A stretch of 39,364 nucleotides of DNA from Candidatus Giovannonibacteria bacterium RIFCSPHIGHO2_02_FULL_44_11 (GTDB lineage: Bacteria; Patescibacteriota; Minisyncoccia; UBA11713; 2-01-FULL-45-33). The stretch's first letter is position 1. Each line of letters begins with the position of its first letter. The stretch is from the NCBI GenBank assembly GCA_001778595.1, contig MFHL01000004.1, forward strand, positions 9,235 to 48,598, given 5' to 3'. Made by a program: the position numbers and the translations under genes. The notes under the pieces are model-generated. The model was not told where the DNA came from. It saw only the letters and a list, made by a program, of their open reading frames with translations, and did no database searches. Positions 15,560 through 24,106 of the stretch are shown here, one piece after another.

Positions 15560-16789
15560 TTACGGAAGTGTTATTTTTATTATTGATGAATCTTTCCGGA
15601 GACTTTTGTCCGCAGCTTCAAGAATTGCAGTAACCTTCAATGACTCTGCAATCGTAGGGAATTTATTCTCAAAGTTTTCCGGAGCTATTCCAGCTTCTAC
15701 CTTAAGTGCAGATTTTATAAATGTCTTAAAGCTTTTGTAACCATACTGGCTATCCAAATCTAATTCGCCATTAATTCCTTTATGAAAGTTAAAGAAATAA
15801 GGATTTATGATTTTCTGACCTTCATTGGCAGCAACAATTTCAAGCCCCCTATATCGTTGTTCTGAATCCACGATGGCTTTCGTTCCGAGAAAATGGATGT
15901 CTTGGTATGTCATCGCCGATGTTTCGGAAGGATCTGACCATCCGGCAACATGGTAAGATGAAAATCGAGTGCGGTTCTTTGCACGCCAAACTATGTGTGT
16001 CTCAATAAGGTCAGGCGTATCAATTCCGTACTTTGATTTGGCTACACCAAATTGACATGTGGCTCGGACGGTCTCCGGAGTAGCTCCTGTTATAAAACCG
16101 ACGAGATGAATATAATGGGAACCAAGAAAATGATTTACATTTGTTCCGCTGTTTTTTAATCTATTTCTAAAAATCTTCAACAAGTCCCTGCGGTCAGTCT
16201 GGCGCGAATAAACATGCTGTAAATCGCCGTAATCGCCCCTCTCATACGACTGTTTTATTATCAGATTTGCGTCATCATACACCTTGTGATAATCAACCAT
16301 TCCGAGAACACCGGACTTATTTTGAATAGAAACTACTTCTTTCCAATCTTTAAGATTTATAACTGCAGGTTTCACAACTAGAAAATGAACACAATTATTG
16401 ATAGCATCCAACATTATCGATTTATGTAAATCGTCAGGAGTTGCAATTATTACAGCTGCTGGTTTAGGTAGTTCGCGCAACGCATCTTTATATGCATTAC
16501 CGTTCGTTTCAAATTCTTTAGGAAAAAGTGTAACTTGCCCCTCCCATCCAAACAACTTAGACATGCGCTCAATTTTTTTTCGCAGAGCAGGAAATTGATT
16601 GCCTTTTCTGTCTGCTAAAAATAGCTTATCTACTAAACCTTCTTTCCTTAATTCAAAAAGTGCGGGTAATACAACACCCCAGTCTTCCTCGACTTGCTTT
16701 CCGGACAAACCGGTGTTACCAGTTGCATACACACCGTTGCCAACGACTAACACATTCATCCTTTGTTTTTTTTGTTTGAGACCTAGCAT
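15560..16789 (-). CDS. Gfo/Idh/MocA-like NAD(P)-dependent oxidoreductase
   Basis: 409 aa. MNVLVVGNGVYATG Rossmann start; an alternative ATG lies at 16757-16759. AVIIATPDDLH and FLVVKPAV are present. Confidence 0.6.
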   Translation of the reverse strand: MLGLKQKKQRMNVLVVGNGVYATGNTGLSGKQVEEDWGVVLPALFELRKEGLVDKLFLADRKGNQFPALRKKIERMSKLFGWEGQVTLFPKEFETNGNAYKDALRELPKPAAVIIATPDDLHKSIMLDAINNCVHFLVVKPAVINLKDWKEVVSIQNKSGVLGMVDYHKVYDDANLIIKQSYERGDYGDLQHVYSRQTDRRDLLKIFRNRLKNSGTNVNHFLGSHYIHLVGFITGATPETVRATCQFGVAKSKYGIDTPDLIETHIVWRAKNRTRFSSYHVAGWSDPSETSAMTYQDIHFLGTKAIVDSEQRYRGLEIVAANEGQKIINPYFFNFHKGINGELDLDSQYGYKSFKTFIKSALKVEAGIAPENFENKFPTIAESLKVTAILEAADKSLRKDSSIIKITLP

Positions 16790-16831
16790 TTGTTAATTAT
16801 ACAACAATTTAATTATGTTTAATCCATTTTG

Positions 16832-18034
16832 TTAATCAAAAAGCGCGCCCCATTCAAGCATATGAGCAAACTGCGTGTCCTCTACCTTCGTATAGCATAT
16901 AGAAATATCCGAACGACGAAATTGAAAAATTTTTTCCTTATTCAACTTCAATGGTTGTCTTGCTTTCAAATCTTCCCCGGCGCGTTTTCCGATAACACTT
17001 TCATATTCTATTGCCGAAATCCCGACATCCGGCCTCAGCAAAATAATCTCGCTTTTTTTTATCTTTTCACCTTTTTTAATCCATTTATTCAGATAAACTC
17101 CTCTTCGCGCCCATCTCCGCTCATCAGATTCTTTTTGAATATATTTTCCTACAATACCGGACTGGGTTTTTTTAGTGCCATGAAGCGCCGGACGCTTTAT
17201 GCCGTCACCATACGCTTTTTCAAAATCACCGGAAAATTCTTCTTTCAGCTCCTTCAAAATATTTTCATGCTCAGCCGGCAGGCGCTTTTCAATACTTCTA
17301 ATGCGTTTGACCATTTCCGCAAATTCTTTTACGTCAAGCGAAAAAACATCATCTATGCTGCCACGCTCTTTTTTGGATGTTACATGTTTCTCTATAATGG
17401 AAGCTCCCAGCGCTACTGCGAGAAGTGGCACGAGAAATCCTTTCGAGCCGTTATCAGAATATCCCACAGAAACATTGAACTCTTTTTTAAGAGCGAGCAT
17501 TGCTGAGACATTGGCATCCTCAAAACTGGTCGGATAAACGGACACGCACTGAAGAAGTGTAATTTCCTTAGCGTTATTAGCGCGGAGAATTTTCATGGCC
17601 AGCCGCACTTCTTCCATTGTAGCCATTCCTGTTGAAACTATGAGCGGTTTTCCGAAAACAGCCACGTGTTCCAATAATTGATAATTTGTGATTTCACCCG
17701 AAGCAATTTTTATCGCGGGGATGCCTACGTTATTAAGAAAACTCGCTCCGTCATTATCGAATGGCGTGCATAAAAGGTCTATTCCCCGCTCATCGCAGAG
17801 CGCCTTTAATTTCGGAAACCATTCTCGCGGAGTCTCAGACTTTTTAAAATATTTATAAGTTTCCTCAAAAGCTTTCGTCAAAGGCGCAAGCAGCTTGTCG
17901 GCCGTAAAAAGCTGAAACTTAATAGCGTCGGCGCCGGCTTCCGCTGCCTGTTCAACATATTTTTTGGCAATTTCCCAATCATTCTCATGGGTGCTGGCCA
18001 CTTCAAAAATGATGTATGTGTGTGTTTTTTTCAT
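16832..18034 (-). CDS. Second NeuB-family nonulosonic acid synthase, with an internal insertion and a C-terminal extension
   Basis: 400 aa. IIFEVASTHENDWEIAKKYVEQAAEAGADAIKFQLFTADKL, IKIASGEITN, GKPLIVSTGMAT, YSDNG and IIEKHVT are present. An insertion of ~60 aa (RLPAEHENILKEL...ERRWARRG) precedes the SAF-like segment ILLRPDVGISA...GKRAGEDLKARQPL. Confidence 0.75.
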   Translation of the reverse strand: MKKTHTYIIFEVASTHENDWEIAKKYVEQAAEAGADAIKFQLFTADKLLAPLTKAFEETYKYFKKSETPREWFPKLKALCDERGIDLLCTPFDNDGASFLNNVGIPAIKIASGEITNYQLLEHVAVFGKPLIVSTGMATMEEVRLAMKILRANNAKEITLLQCVSVYPTSFEDANVSAMLALKKEFNVSVGYSDNGSKGFLVPLLAVALGASIIEKHVTSKKERGSIDDVFSLDVKEFAEMVKRIRSIEKRLPAEHENILKELKEEFSGDFEKAYGDGIKRPALHGTKKTQSGIVGKYIQKESDERRWARRGVYLNKWIKKGEKIKKSEIILLRPDVGISAIEYESVIGKRAGEDLKARQPLKLNKEKIFQFRRSDISICYTKVEDTQFAHMLEWGALFD

Positions 18035-18801
18035 TCTGTTATACGGTCTTCTTTAAGAGATTTTTGGTAGCCTTCGTAACCGGTAAATCCTTTGTTAATT
18101 TCAAGCAATTCCGGCTTCTGATGTATCAAATCTAGAACGTCGTTCATTAAAAACAGTTTCTTGTGCGAATATAGTTCCGTATAAATCTCGCTTACAAGCT
18201 TAAAATCAACTTCTTCATCTACAGACCAGTGATAATTAGAAATATCGGTTTTGCCTTTATAAAGACTGCCTTCTCCCGGATTTTTTATCTTAAAAATTTC
18301 CGGGTGGTTGATTATGTACGGCGTAACATGCTCGCGCTCGGACGGCTTTTTGGCTTCTTTACATGCGCGTTCCAAAGCATTAAAAGAAAAAACTTCCGTA
18401 TCCAGACCTTCAGGATAATTATGAGGCTTGCCGGAATAATCAGCTTTATTTTTTAAAAAATAATCCACAACCTCATCAATCACTTGCGGGTCGCTCAACG
18501 GGCAATCGCCGGTAAGCCGTACAACGGTATCTGCGCCTGCTTCTTTGGCGGCCATGTAAAATCTGTCCAAAACGTCTTTTTCGTCTCCCCTGAAAAAGGC
18601 GACTCCGCTTTTCCGCGCAATATCAATAATAGGCTCATCTTCATTTTTGTTTGTCGTTGCGATCACTATTTTATCTACTAGTTTAGCATGCCGAACCCGC
18701 TCAATTTGATGAGCCAGCATCGGCTTACCCAAAATTAATTTCGCAACCTTCCCCGGAAGGCGCGTTGAACCCATTCTGGCCTGTATGATTGCCGTTGTCA
18801 T
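18031..18801 (-). CDS. Cytidylyltransferase, SpsF/FlmC type (CMP-ulosonic acid synthetase-like)
   Basis: 256 aa. AIIQARMGSTRLPGKV...IVIATT...VVRLTGDCPL is characteristic of the COG1861-type acylneuraminate cytidylyltransferase family. Confidence 0.75.
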   Translation of the reverse strand: MTTAIIQARMGSTRLPGKVAKLILGKPMLAHQIERVRHAKLVDKIVIATTNKNEDEPIIDIARKSGVAFFRGDEKDVLDRFYMAAKEAGADTVVRLTGDCPLSDPQVIDEVVDYFLKNKADYSGKPHNYPEGLDTEVFSFNALERACKEAKKPSEREHVTPYIINHPEIFKIKNPGEGSLYKGKTDISNYHWSVDEEVDFKLVSEIYTELYSHKKLFLMNDVLDLIHQKPELLEINKGFTGYEGYQKSLKEDRITE

Positions 18802-18859
18802 AACACATATTATAACGCACTAAGCTATAATAAAGTTATTCGGCGCTTAACAGCCGCTT

Positions 18860-19129
18860 TTATTTATAAGCACCGCCTCGCCAATCAACAACATCAACAA
18901 AGACAGAAAATTTATCAAAATCAAATGATACGATTATGCGCATATCGCCTTTTCTGATTCTAAAAAAGCCGGCCCATTTACCTTTAAGCTTTTTTAAATC
19001 AATATTAATATCCTCGCCGTTAAATTTTAAAATTGCGTTTTTAACCAAAACAAATACTTTTTCGCGGGGCAAGTGATTTTTTATTAAAAATTTCTCCGTC
19101 CGAAAAGAAAAACCAACTTGCCAATTCAT
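18860..19129 (-). CDS. Type II toxin, RelE/ParE superfamily
   Basis: 89 aa. LKGKWAGFFRIRKGDMRIIVSFD...VFVDVVDWRGGAYK matches the 'L.g...g..R.R.GdyRii......... V..v..R..aY' toxin pattern. It overlaps the upstream small gene by 4 nt. Confidence 0.7.
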   Translation of the reverse strand: MNWQVGFSFRTEKFLIKNHLPREKVFVLVKNAILKFNGEDINIDLKKLKGKWAGFFRIRKGDMRIIVSFDFDKFSVFVDVVDWRGGAYK

Positions 19130-19320
19130 ACCGCAAGCTTGAAGCTTCTTGTTGCTTTCTTTGACGGACGCCTATAAAGCCGTTCGATTTCTTTTTGTTC
19201 TTCTATTGAAATGTTTAAAGTTAGCAAAGCGCGCATTTTGGGAAACTGCGCTTTTAACGCGTCTTCAACGCCTTTTTTCACTATGAATTCAAGTTTTTTT
19301 TCTATAAGCTGCGTAGCCAT
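19126..19320 (-). CDS. Putative antitoxin partner
   Basis: 64 aa, helical and charged. It lies immediately upstream with an ATGA overlap onto the toxin. No specific family recognised. Confidence 0.5.
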   Translation of the reverse strand: MATQLIEKKLEFIVKKGVEDALKAQFPKMRALLTLNISIEEQKEIERLYRRPSKKATRSFKLAV

Positions 19321-19357
19321 GTGTTTAGTATATTATTTTTCTATAAATACGCAACAC

Positions 19358-19385
19358 TTGACAATATTCATATGCCTGCTATAGT
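19358..19385 (+). promoter_or_regulatory. Sigma70-like promoter TTGACA-16 nt-TATAGT
   Basis: TTGACA at 19358-19363 and TATAGT at 19380-19385. An AAAGGA Shine-Dalgarno sequence at 19407-19412 precedes the ATG at 19424. Confidence 0.5.
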
Positions 19386-19423
19386 ACAGCTCGGAATTTG
19401 AAAACGAAAGGATGGGCTGAAAA

Positions 19424-20479
19424 ATGGGGAAAAAGGCTTTTCTGGTCGCCAATGACTTTGGCGAGTCGGCGTGTATAGAAAAAATCGACGCAGAGCTGAA
19501 GAATCAGGGATATGAAACAGTTAAAGTTTTAGGAAAAGGCAAAAATCTCACGCTAACGTATGAGATGGTAAAGCAAGCATCGGAAGCAGGCATATTGATT
19601 ACTGCAATTTCTGAATTCCACGAAACAGAAGTAAAGCTCGCGGTTGCTGTACGAAAGGCAAGACCAGATATGCCGATTGTTGTCTATGCGCCGGGGTGGT
19701 ACGCCTTCCGTATTAAAGGCGCGATTGCGCTTCGCGGTATCGCCGACCTGCTTTTGGTCAGTAATCAAAGAGAAGTCTCGGAAGCCGAGACGCTATACCC
19801 AAGAGCCAAAAAAGTTGCTGCGGTAGGAAATCTTTTGCATGAAGAGTTTTACCCTTCGTGTTCAGTAGCAGAAGCTCGGCAAAAAGCGGTGGTGGAAAAT
19901 GATCGGGCGCTGATCTTCATACCGGGCGATAAAGGCCCGCGGATCAATCTGCCGCTATTTGAATCCGTAGTTGCAGCTGCTCATCGTGAAAGAATCCAAA
20001 AACATAAACCTGTTGTTGCGATAGGCATCCATCCGGGAGATAATACTTACCTTCCCGACATGTATCAGAATCTTTCCGATAAAGACGTTCCCGTAAAGAT
20101 TTTCACCCGCGATATTTTACCGTCGGCAACACTAGTATTAGCCTGCGACCTGCTGGTCACAGCCCTGTCAACGCTTGCAGTAGCCGCGGCTTTCCAAAGA
20201 AAACCGGTAATTGGTTTTTACTGCGAAAATTTGCTGGCCGATACAGAAGCTGTGCAAGGAAGCAGGGTAATTAATTGGGAGCTGGAAAACAACGGAGCAG
20301 CCTTGGTGGTGCACAAAGAATCGGTTGATCTTTTAGAGAAAACTATGGCTGTGCTTTTGCAAACGGATAGTTTGCCCGCAAAACAAATGAAAATAAACCA
20401 AATGCAAAATTATCCGGAACCTCCCGTTCCTGGCTCAACGGCAAAAAAAGCGGTTGAACTTATCAAATTACTCGGCTAA
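19424..20479 (+). CDS. Hypothetical protein, possibly GT-B/Rossmann-like; visibly GC-richer than its neighbours
   Basis: 351 aa with its own promoter and terminator. No diagnostic motif recognised. The C-terminal half (LACDLLVTALSTLAVAAAFQRKPVIGF) vaguely resembles the donor-binding half of GT-B enzymes. Confidence 0.6.
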   Translation: MGKKAFLVANDFGESACIEKIDAELKNQGYETVKVLGKGKNLTLTYEMVKQASEAGILITAISEFHETEVKLAVAVRKARPDMPIVVYAPGWYAFRIKGAIALRGIADLLLVSNQREVSEAETLYPRAKKVAAVGNLLHEEFYPSCSVAEARQKAVVENDRALIFIPGDKGPRINLPLFESVVAAAHRERIQKHKPVVAIGIHPGDNTYLPDMYQNLSDKDVPVKIFTRDILPSATLVLACDLLVTALSTLAVAAAFQRKPVIGFYCENLLADTEAVQGSRVINWELENNGAALVVHKESVDLLEKTMAVLLQTDSLPAKQMKINQMQNYPEPPVPGSTAKKAVELIKLLG

Positions 20480-20503
20480 CCGCAACAGGTTAGCCGTTTT
20501 TTT
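20473..20503 (+). terminator. Rho-independent terminator
   Basis: cggctaacc-gcaaca-ggttagccg forms a 9-bp stem containing the TAA stop, followed by T7 at 20497-20503. Confidence 0.8.
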
Positions 20504-20513
20504 ATTGTTTAAA

Positions 20514-21842
20514 TTAAGTAAGCCTTTTAAAATCGGAGTGGGCTACGGGCCCGCGGAGAAATTTCTTAGGATTGCCGGAGTCTAATGCGTGCTTTATATT
20601 TCCAAAAGCAATATCAACCGCCTTTGCATATAACCTGAAATGGCGGGATTTGTGTGCATATGAAGAAAATAACAGAGTGGAAGCAAGAAATCCCCTGTCA
20701 AGCATCTCCTGCACGAATAATGTCTTTAAAATCTGGCTTTTGCCCTCATAATCAAATACGAAACTGCTCAAAGGAAGCGAACCTGCAAGAGCAATTTTAA
20801 GGCCGTGTTTTTTTGCCGAATTCTGCCATATATCCCTGACTGTTCGCCCGGCCCAAGCCAAATGCTTAACAACATTGAGTTTCTTCATTTTTTTAATGGT
20901 AGCAAGCGCAGCAACCGGCCCGATACGCTCAGTCCAATAAGTACTGGAAATAAATGTATCCTGTGCAGACTGCATCACATCTTTTTTGCCGATAACCGCG
21001 GCCATTGGATATCCGTTGCTCATTGCCTTGGCAAAGATCGCAACATCCGGATTTACACCGTATTTCAGATGAGCTCCGCCAAAAACAAGCTTCCATCCGA
21101 TCGTTATTTCATCAAAAATCAATACGGCATCAATTTCATTTGCTATTTTCCGCACGCTCTCAAGAAACCCTTTTTGAGGCTCCTGTCCTTTCATAGGCTC
21201 CATAATTATAACTCCTATATCCTTATGAGAAGCGATAATTTTTTTTAATTCATCAATCTTGTTGTAATGAAACGGGAACATCAAACCCTGCAAGCCTCTC
21301 GGTACGCCTTTTGGCTCCAATCCGGGAAGCAAATGTCCGTCCAAATTCTTTTTCTTTGCCAAATTCGCAGACAAATACCAATCGTGCCACCCATGATAGC
21401 CGCAAAACGCGACCTTATCTCTTCCGGTATACGCGCGTGCGATGCGGACGGCAATTGATGCCGCCTCGCCTCCGCTCCTGGCATAGCGAACCATTCCGGC
21501 CCACGGATGGATACGTAAAAGCAATTCAGCTAATTCAACTTCTTCCGGCGAGTTAAGAGTACTCATTGATCCTTCTTTGATAGCCCGTGAGACCGCCTTA
21601 TTTACATCCGGGTCCGCGTAACCGAGCACACAGCTTCCAATCCCCATTATCGACATATCAATAAATCTATTTCCGTCCAAATCACAAATCTCCGCTCCTC
21701 TGGCTTTACGGTAATACGAAGGCCATCCGTCGGGTAAAAACATTTCGGAACGCTTGGAAAGAAGCTGATTTCCTCCGGGAATTATTTTTTTTGCTTTATT
21801 CCACAATGCTACCCCTTTTTTTGTGCTGATCTTTTTTTTCAT
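20514..21842 (-). CDS. Class III PLP-dependent aminotransferase (glutamate-1-semialdehyde aminomutase-like)
   Basis: 442 aa. ARSGGEAASIAVRIARAYTGRDKVAFCGYHGWHDWY, IFDEITIGW and FAKAMSNGYPMAAVIG (PLP lysine context). Confidence 0.8.
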   Translation of the reverse strand: MKKKISTKKGVALWNKAKKIIPGGNQLLSKRSEMFLPDGWPSYYRKARGAEICDLDGNRFIDMSIMGIGSCVLGYADPDVNKAVSRAIKEGSMSTLNSPEEVELAELLLRIHPWAGMVRYARSGGEAASIAVRIARAYTGRDKVAFCGYHGWHDWYLSANLAKKKNLDGHLLPGLEPKGVPRGLQGLMFPFHYNKIDELKKIIASHKDIGVIIMEPMKGQEPQKGFLESVRKIANEIDAVLIFDEITIGWKLVFGGAHLKYGVNPDVAIFAKAMSNGYPMAAVIGKKDVMQSAQDTFISSTYWTERIGPVAALATIKKMKKLNVVKHLAWAGRTVRDIWQNSAKKHGLKIALAGSLPLSSFVFDYEGKSQILKTLFVQEMLDRGFLASTLLFSSYAHKSRHFRLYAKAVDIAFGNIKHALDSGNPKKFLRGPVAHSDFKRLT

Positions 21843-22816
21843 ACTTGTTTTGGTTTATAATAATAAGCAGCTAATAAAACTTTTAAAACGTGTTTCGCCG
21901 CAGACAAATCCTGAGCCGGCTTCGAGCGATTTTTGGCACATCCCAGGAAATGTCTGATTTCTTCTACAAACATATGATTTAATTCTTGAACACCGCGGAA
22001 TAATAATACATTTTTTTTCTCGTCTTCAAAATATAAAGTATTATTCGCCACATCAAGTGCCAAAATTCCTTTTTCAGTTATCACTTCTATCCGGCTATTT
22101 GATTTCCGGCTGACATAATCAGTCACTATGGCGCTTATTACTCCGTTTTCATGCTCAAGCCCTATAATAGCCGCCTCTTCGCTTTTGATGTCCAGCACAT
22201 GCGCGGTCCGCTTGAGCGCCGTCACATACTTTGTTTTTCCAAAAAAATTCTCTAAATAGTCTACTCCATGCGCACCGGAATCAATAATTACCCCTCCTCC
22301 CTTTGTGCCCGCGGCGTATATTTTTTTGTAATTGACGTTTTTTCGAGCCGTAGGCAAATAATACCCACCGAACACACGAGACAAAATCGGCTTTCCGTAT
22401 TCATTACCGTCCAAAACTTCTTTTAGCTTTTTAAATCCTTCATGAAACCGCCAATTGCACGCAACCATTACTGTCCTTTTTTTCTTTTTAGCTTTTTTCA
22501 GCAAAGCATCTACACCGGCTAAATTGTGTGAAAGCGGTTTTTCTATGAAAACATGCGCACCATAGTCCAGCGCAAGGCTTGCCGTCGGGACATGAAGATG
22601 TGTGGGATTACAAACAAAAACCACATCCGGCGTCTCTGCTTTTAAGGCTATTTTAACATTTTTATACAAAGCAAAATTACCAAGCTCGGCAACGGTTTTT
22701 AGCTTTTTTTCATTAGGCTCACAAACAGCCAAATTTTTATAACCCAGCTTAAGCAGATTTTTTAGGTGCCTCGTCCCGATAGACCCCGCCCCGATAATTA
22801 AGATTTTATAACTCAT
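21839..22816 (-). CDS. Gfo/Idh/MocA family oxidoreductase
   Basis: 325 aa. KILIIGAGSIGTRHL, VFVCNPTHLH and VFIEKPL. Confidence 0.8.
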   Translation of the reverse strand: MSYKILIIGAGSIGTRHLKNLLKLGYKNLAVCEPNEKKLKTVAELGNFALYKNVKIALKAETPDVVFVCNPTHLHVPTASLALDYGAHVFIEKPLSHNLAGVDALLKKAKKKKRTVMVACNWRFHEGFKKLKEVLDGNEYGKPILSRVFGGYYLPTARKNVNYKKIYAAGTKGGGVIIDSGAHGVDYLENFFGKTKYVTALKRTAHVLDIKSEEAAIIGLEHENGVISAIVTDYVSRKSNSRIEVITEKGILALDVANNTLYFEDEKKNVLLFRGVQELNHMFVEEIRHFLGCAKNRSKPAQDLSAAKHVLKVLLAAYYYKPKQV

Positions 22817-22881
22817 TATACGTATAACTCTATCACAAAAAAAATTGTTGCGCTTATTTGTTGAGTTCGCATTGCAAAACC

Positions 22882-22910
22882 TTGACGAAATAGGGGTATT
22901 GTGCTAACAT
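22882..22910 (+). promoter_or_regulatory. Sigma70-like promoter TTGACG-17 nt-TAACAT with an extended -10 TG
   Basis: TTGACG at 22882-22887, TG at 22902-22903 and TAACAT at 22905-22910. AAAGGA at 22939-22944 precedes the ATG at 22954. Confidence 0.5.
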
Positions 22911-22953
22911 CAGCTTAGAAAATTCGGGTTGAAAACAGAAAGGAATAAAAAAT

Positions 22954-24078
22954 ATGCTGGACGAAATTGCCCAAATTTGGTGGGTGCCAATTTTACTCTA
23001 CGCACTACTGGTATACGGGCCCATGCGGGCTTACCAAAAGCACGTATCCGGGCTACAACGCACAAAGCGAAGCTATCTGATATTTCTCTGCTGTTTTAGC
23101 ATCGCAGCCATTTACGGCGTATTTGTGAATCAAGGCGCACTGCCGACTTTTGTCTGGCCGATGGTCCTCGTCGGCATAGCCAACGGCGTGGCAAGTTACT
23201 ATCATTGGAAATCCATGGATATTTCTCTCGTGAAAAATTCTATGCTTACCTTCGGTGACGATATTATACCGATGGCGCTGTCTTATTTTATCCTCAACGA
23301 AGCAAAGTATTTATTAGGAAATTCCTGGATGATTAGCGGCATAAGTTTTTCTGTCATCGCCCTCATGCTCTTCGCTTGGCACGAATATCAACGCGGAGAA
23401 AAGATGAGTTTCTATATCTATCTCGGCATATATAGCGTGCTCTGGGGCGGAGTTGCATTCGCTGAACACTACTATTCGTTTAAAGGATTGCCTCTGGACC
23501 AATTTTTGTTTTCTTGGTACGGCAGTTCGTTTGTCACGGCCACGCTACTGCTACTTTTTGTAAAAGAGCGGGACAAAAAACAAAAATACGAACACAGAAA
23601 AGACGTCTGTTGGGCAACGGTCTACATCGCCGGAAGCGTGCTGGGGCTAGTTCTAGGCATGGCGATAGGATTTCATCTTTATGGCCAAATCGTGGATATT
23701 TCTCAAAATATGTTTGTTTTATGTTTTGGTGCCGGCGGACTTTATCTCGGTTCTTTGTTTATTCGCACGGCGTATGCATGTTTTGGAAATTCGTATCTCA
23801 ACGAGCTTGGCAAACAAGGCCAGTTAGCCAAGAAAGATATTGTTCATATGGCAATCTTTGCGCTTGGGATTCTGCTCTCACTTAGAATTGCTTATTGGGC
23901 GCTTTCTTTCCCGCAAGTGGTCGCTCAGCCATATTTCATGGCGGGCGAAGCAATTATCCCCGCGCTTATGGGGATTTACTACTGGAAGGAGCTCGAAGCA
24001 AAACCGTTTGATAAAGATGAGTGGGCATATGTGGCACTGGCCCTGCTCGGACTTGCGTGCATTTTTATCGGATACTAA
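22954..24078 (+). CDS. Polytopic integral membrane protein (roughly 10-12 hydrophobic helices), function unknown
   Basis: 374 aa, with hydrophobic stretches throughout (IWWVPILLYALLVYG, YLIFLCCFSIAAIYGVFV, VWPMVLVGIANGVASYY, ...). Transporter or flippase-like at best. Confidence 0.7.
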   Translation: MLDEIAQIWWVPILLYALLVYGPMRAYQKHVSGLQRTKRSYLIFLCCFSIAAIYGVFVNQGALPTFVWPMVLVGIANGVASYYHWKSMDISLVKNSMLTFGDDIIPMALSYFILNEAKYLLGNSWMISGISFSVIALMLFAWHEYQRGEKMSFYIYLGIYSVLWGGVAFAEHYYSFKGLPLDQFLFSWYGSSFVTATLLLLFVKERDKKQKYEHRKDVCWATVYIAGSVLGLVLGMAIGFHLYGQIVDISQNMFVLCFGAGGLYLGSLFIRTAYACFGNSYLNELGKQGQLAKKDIVHMAIFALGILLSLRIAYWALSFPQVVAQPYFMAGEAIIPALMGIYYWKELEAKPFDKDEWAYVALALLGLACIFIGY

Positions 24079-24106
24079 CTTACATGCCAAAAAGGAGGCA
24101 AAAACT

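Noticed and set aside
16829-17506. 225-aa plus-strand ORF
   Set aside because: It is entirely antisense to the well-supported NeuB-family gene (16832-18034). The sequence is low-complexity and F/L/I/S-rich with no motif, which is typical of a shadow ORF.
19424-20479. Calling this gene pseG
   Set aside because: It is tempting because PseG is otherwise missing. However, I cannot see the PseG/MurG-type N-terminal G-x-G-H region or any other diagnostic motif, so the gene is left as hypothetical.
23840-24106. N-terminal extension of the ORF 23840-24535
   Set aside because: It overlaps the 3' end of the membrane protein gene in another frame. The ATG at 24107 has a strong AAGGAGG Shine-Dalgarno sequence 8-9 nt upstream, so the shorter CDS is preferred.
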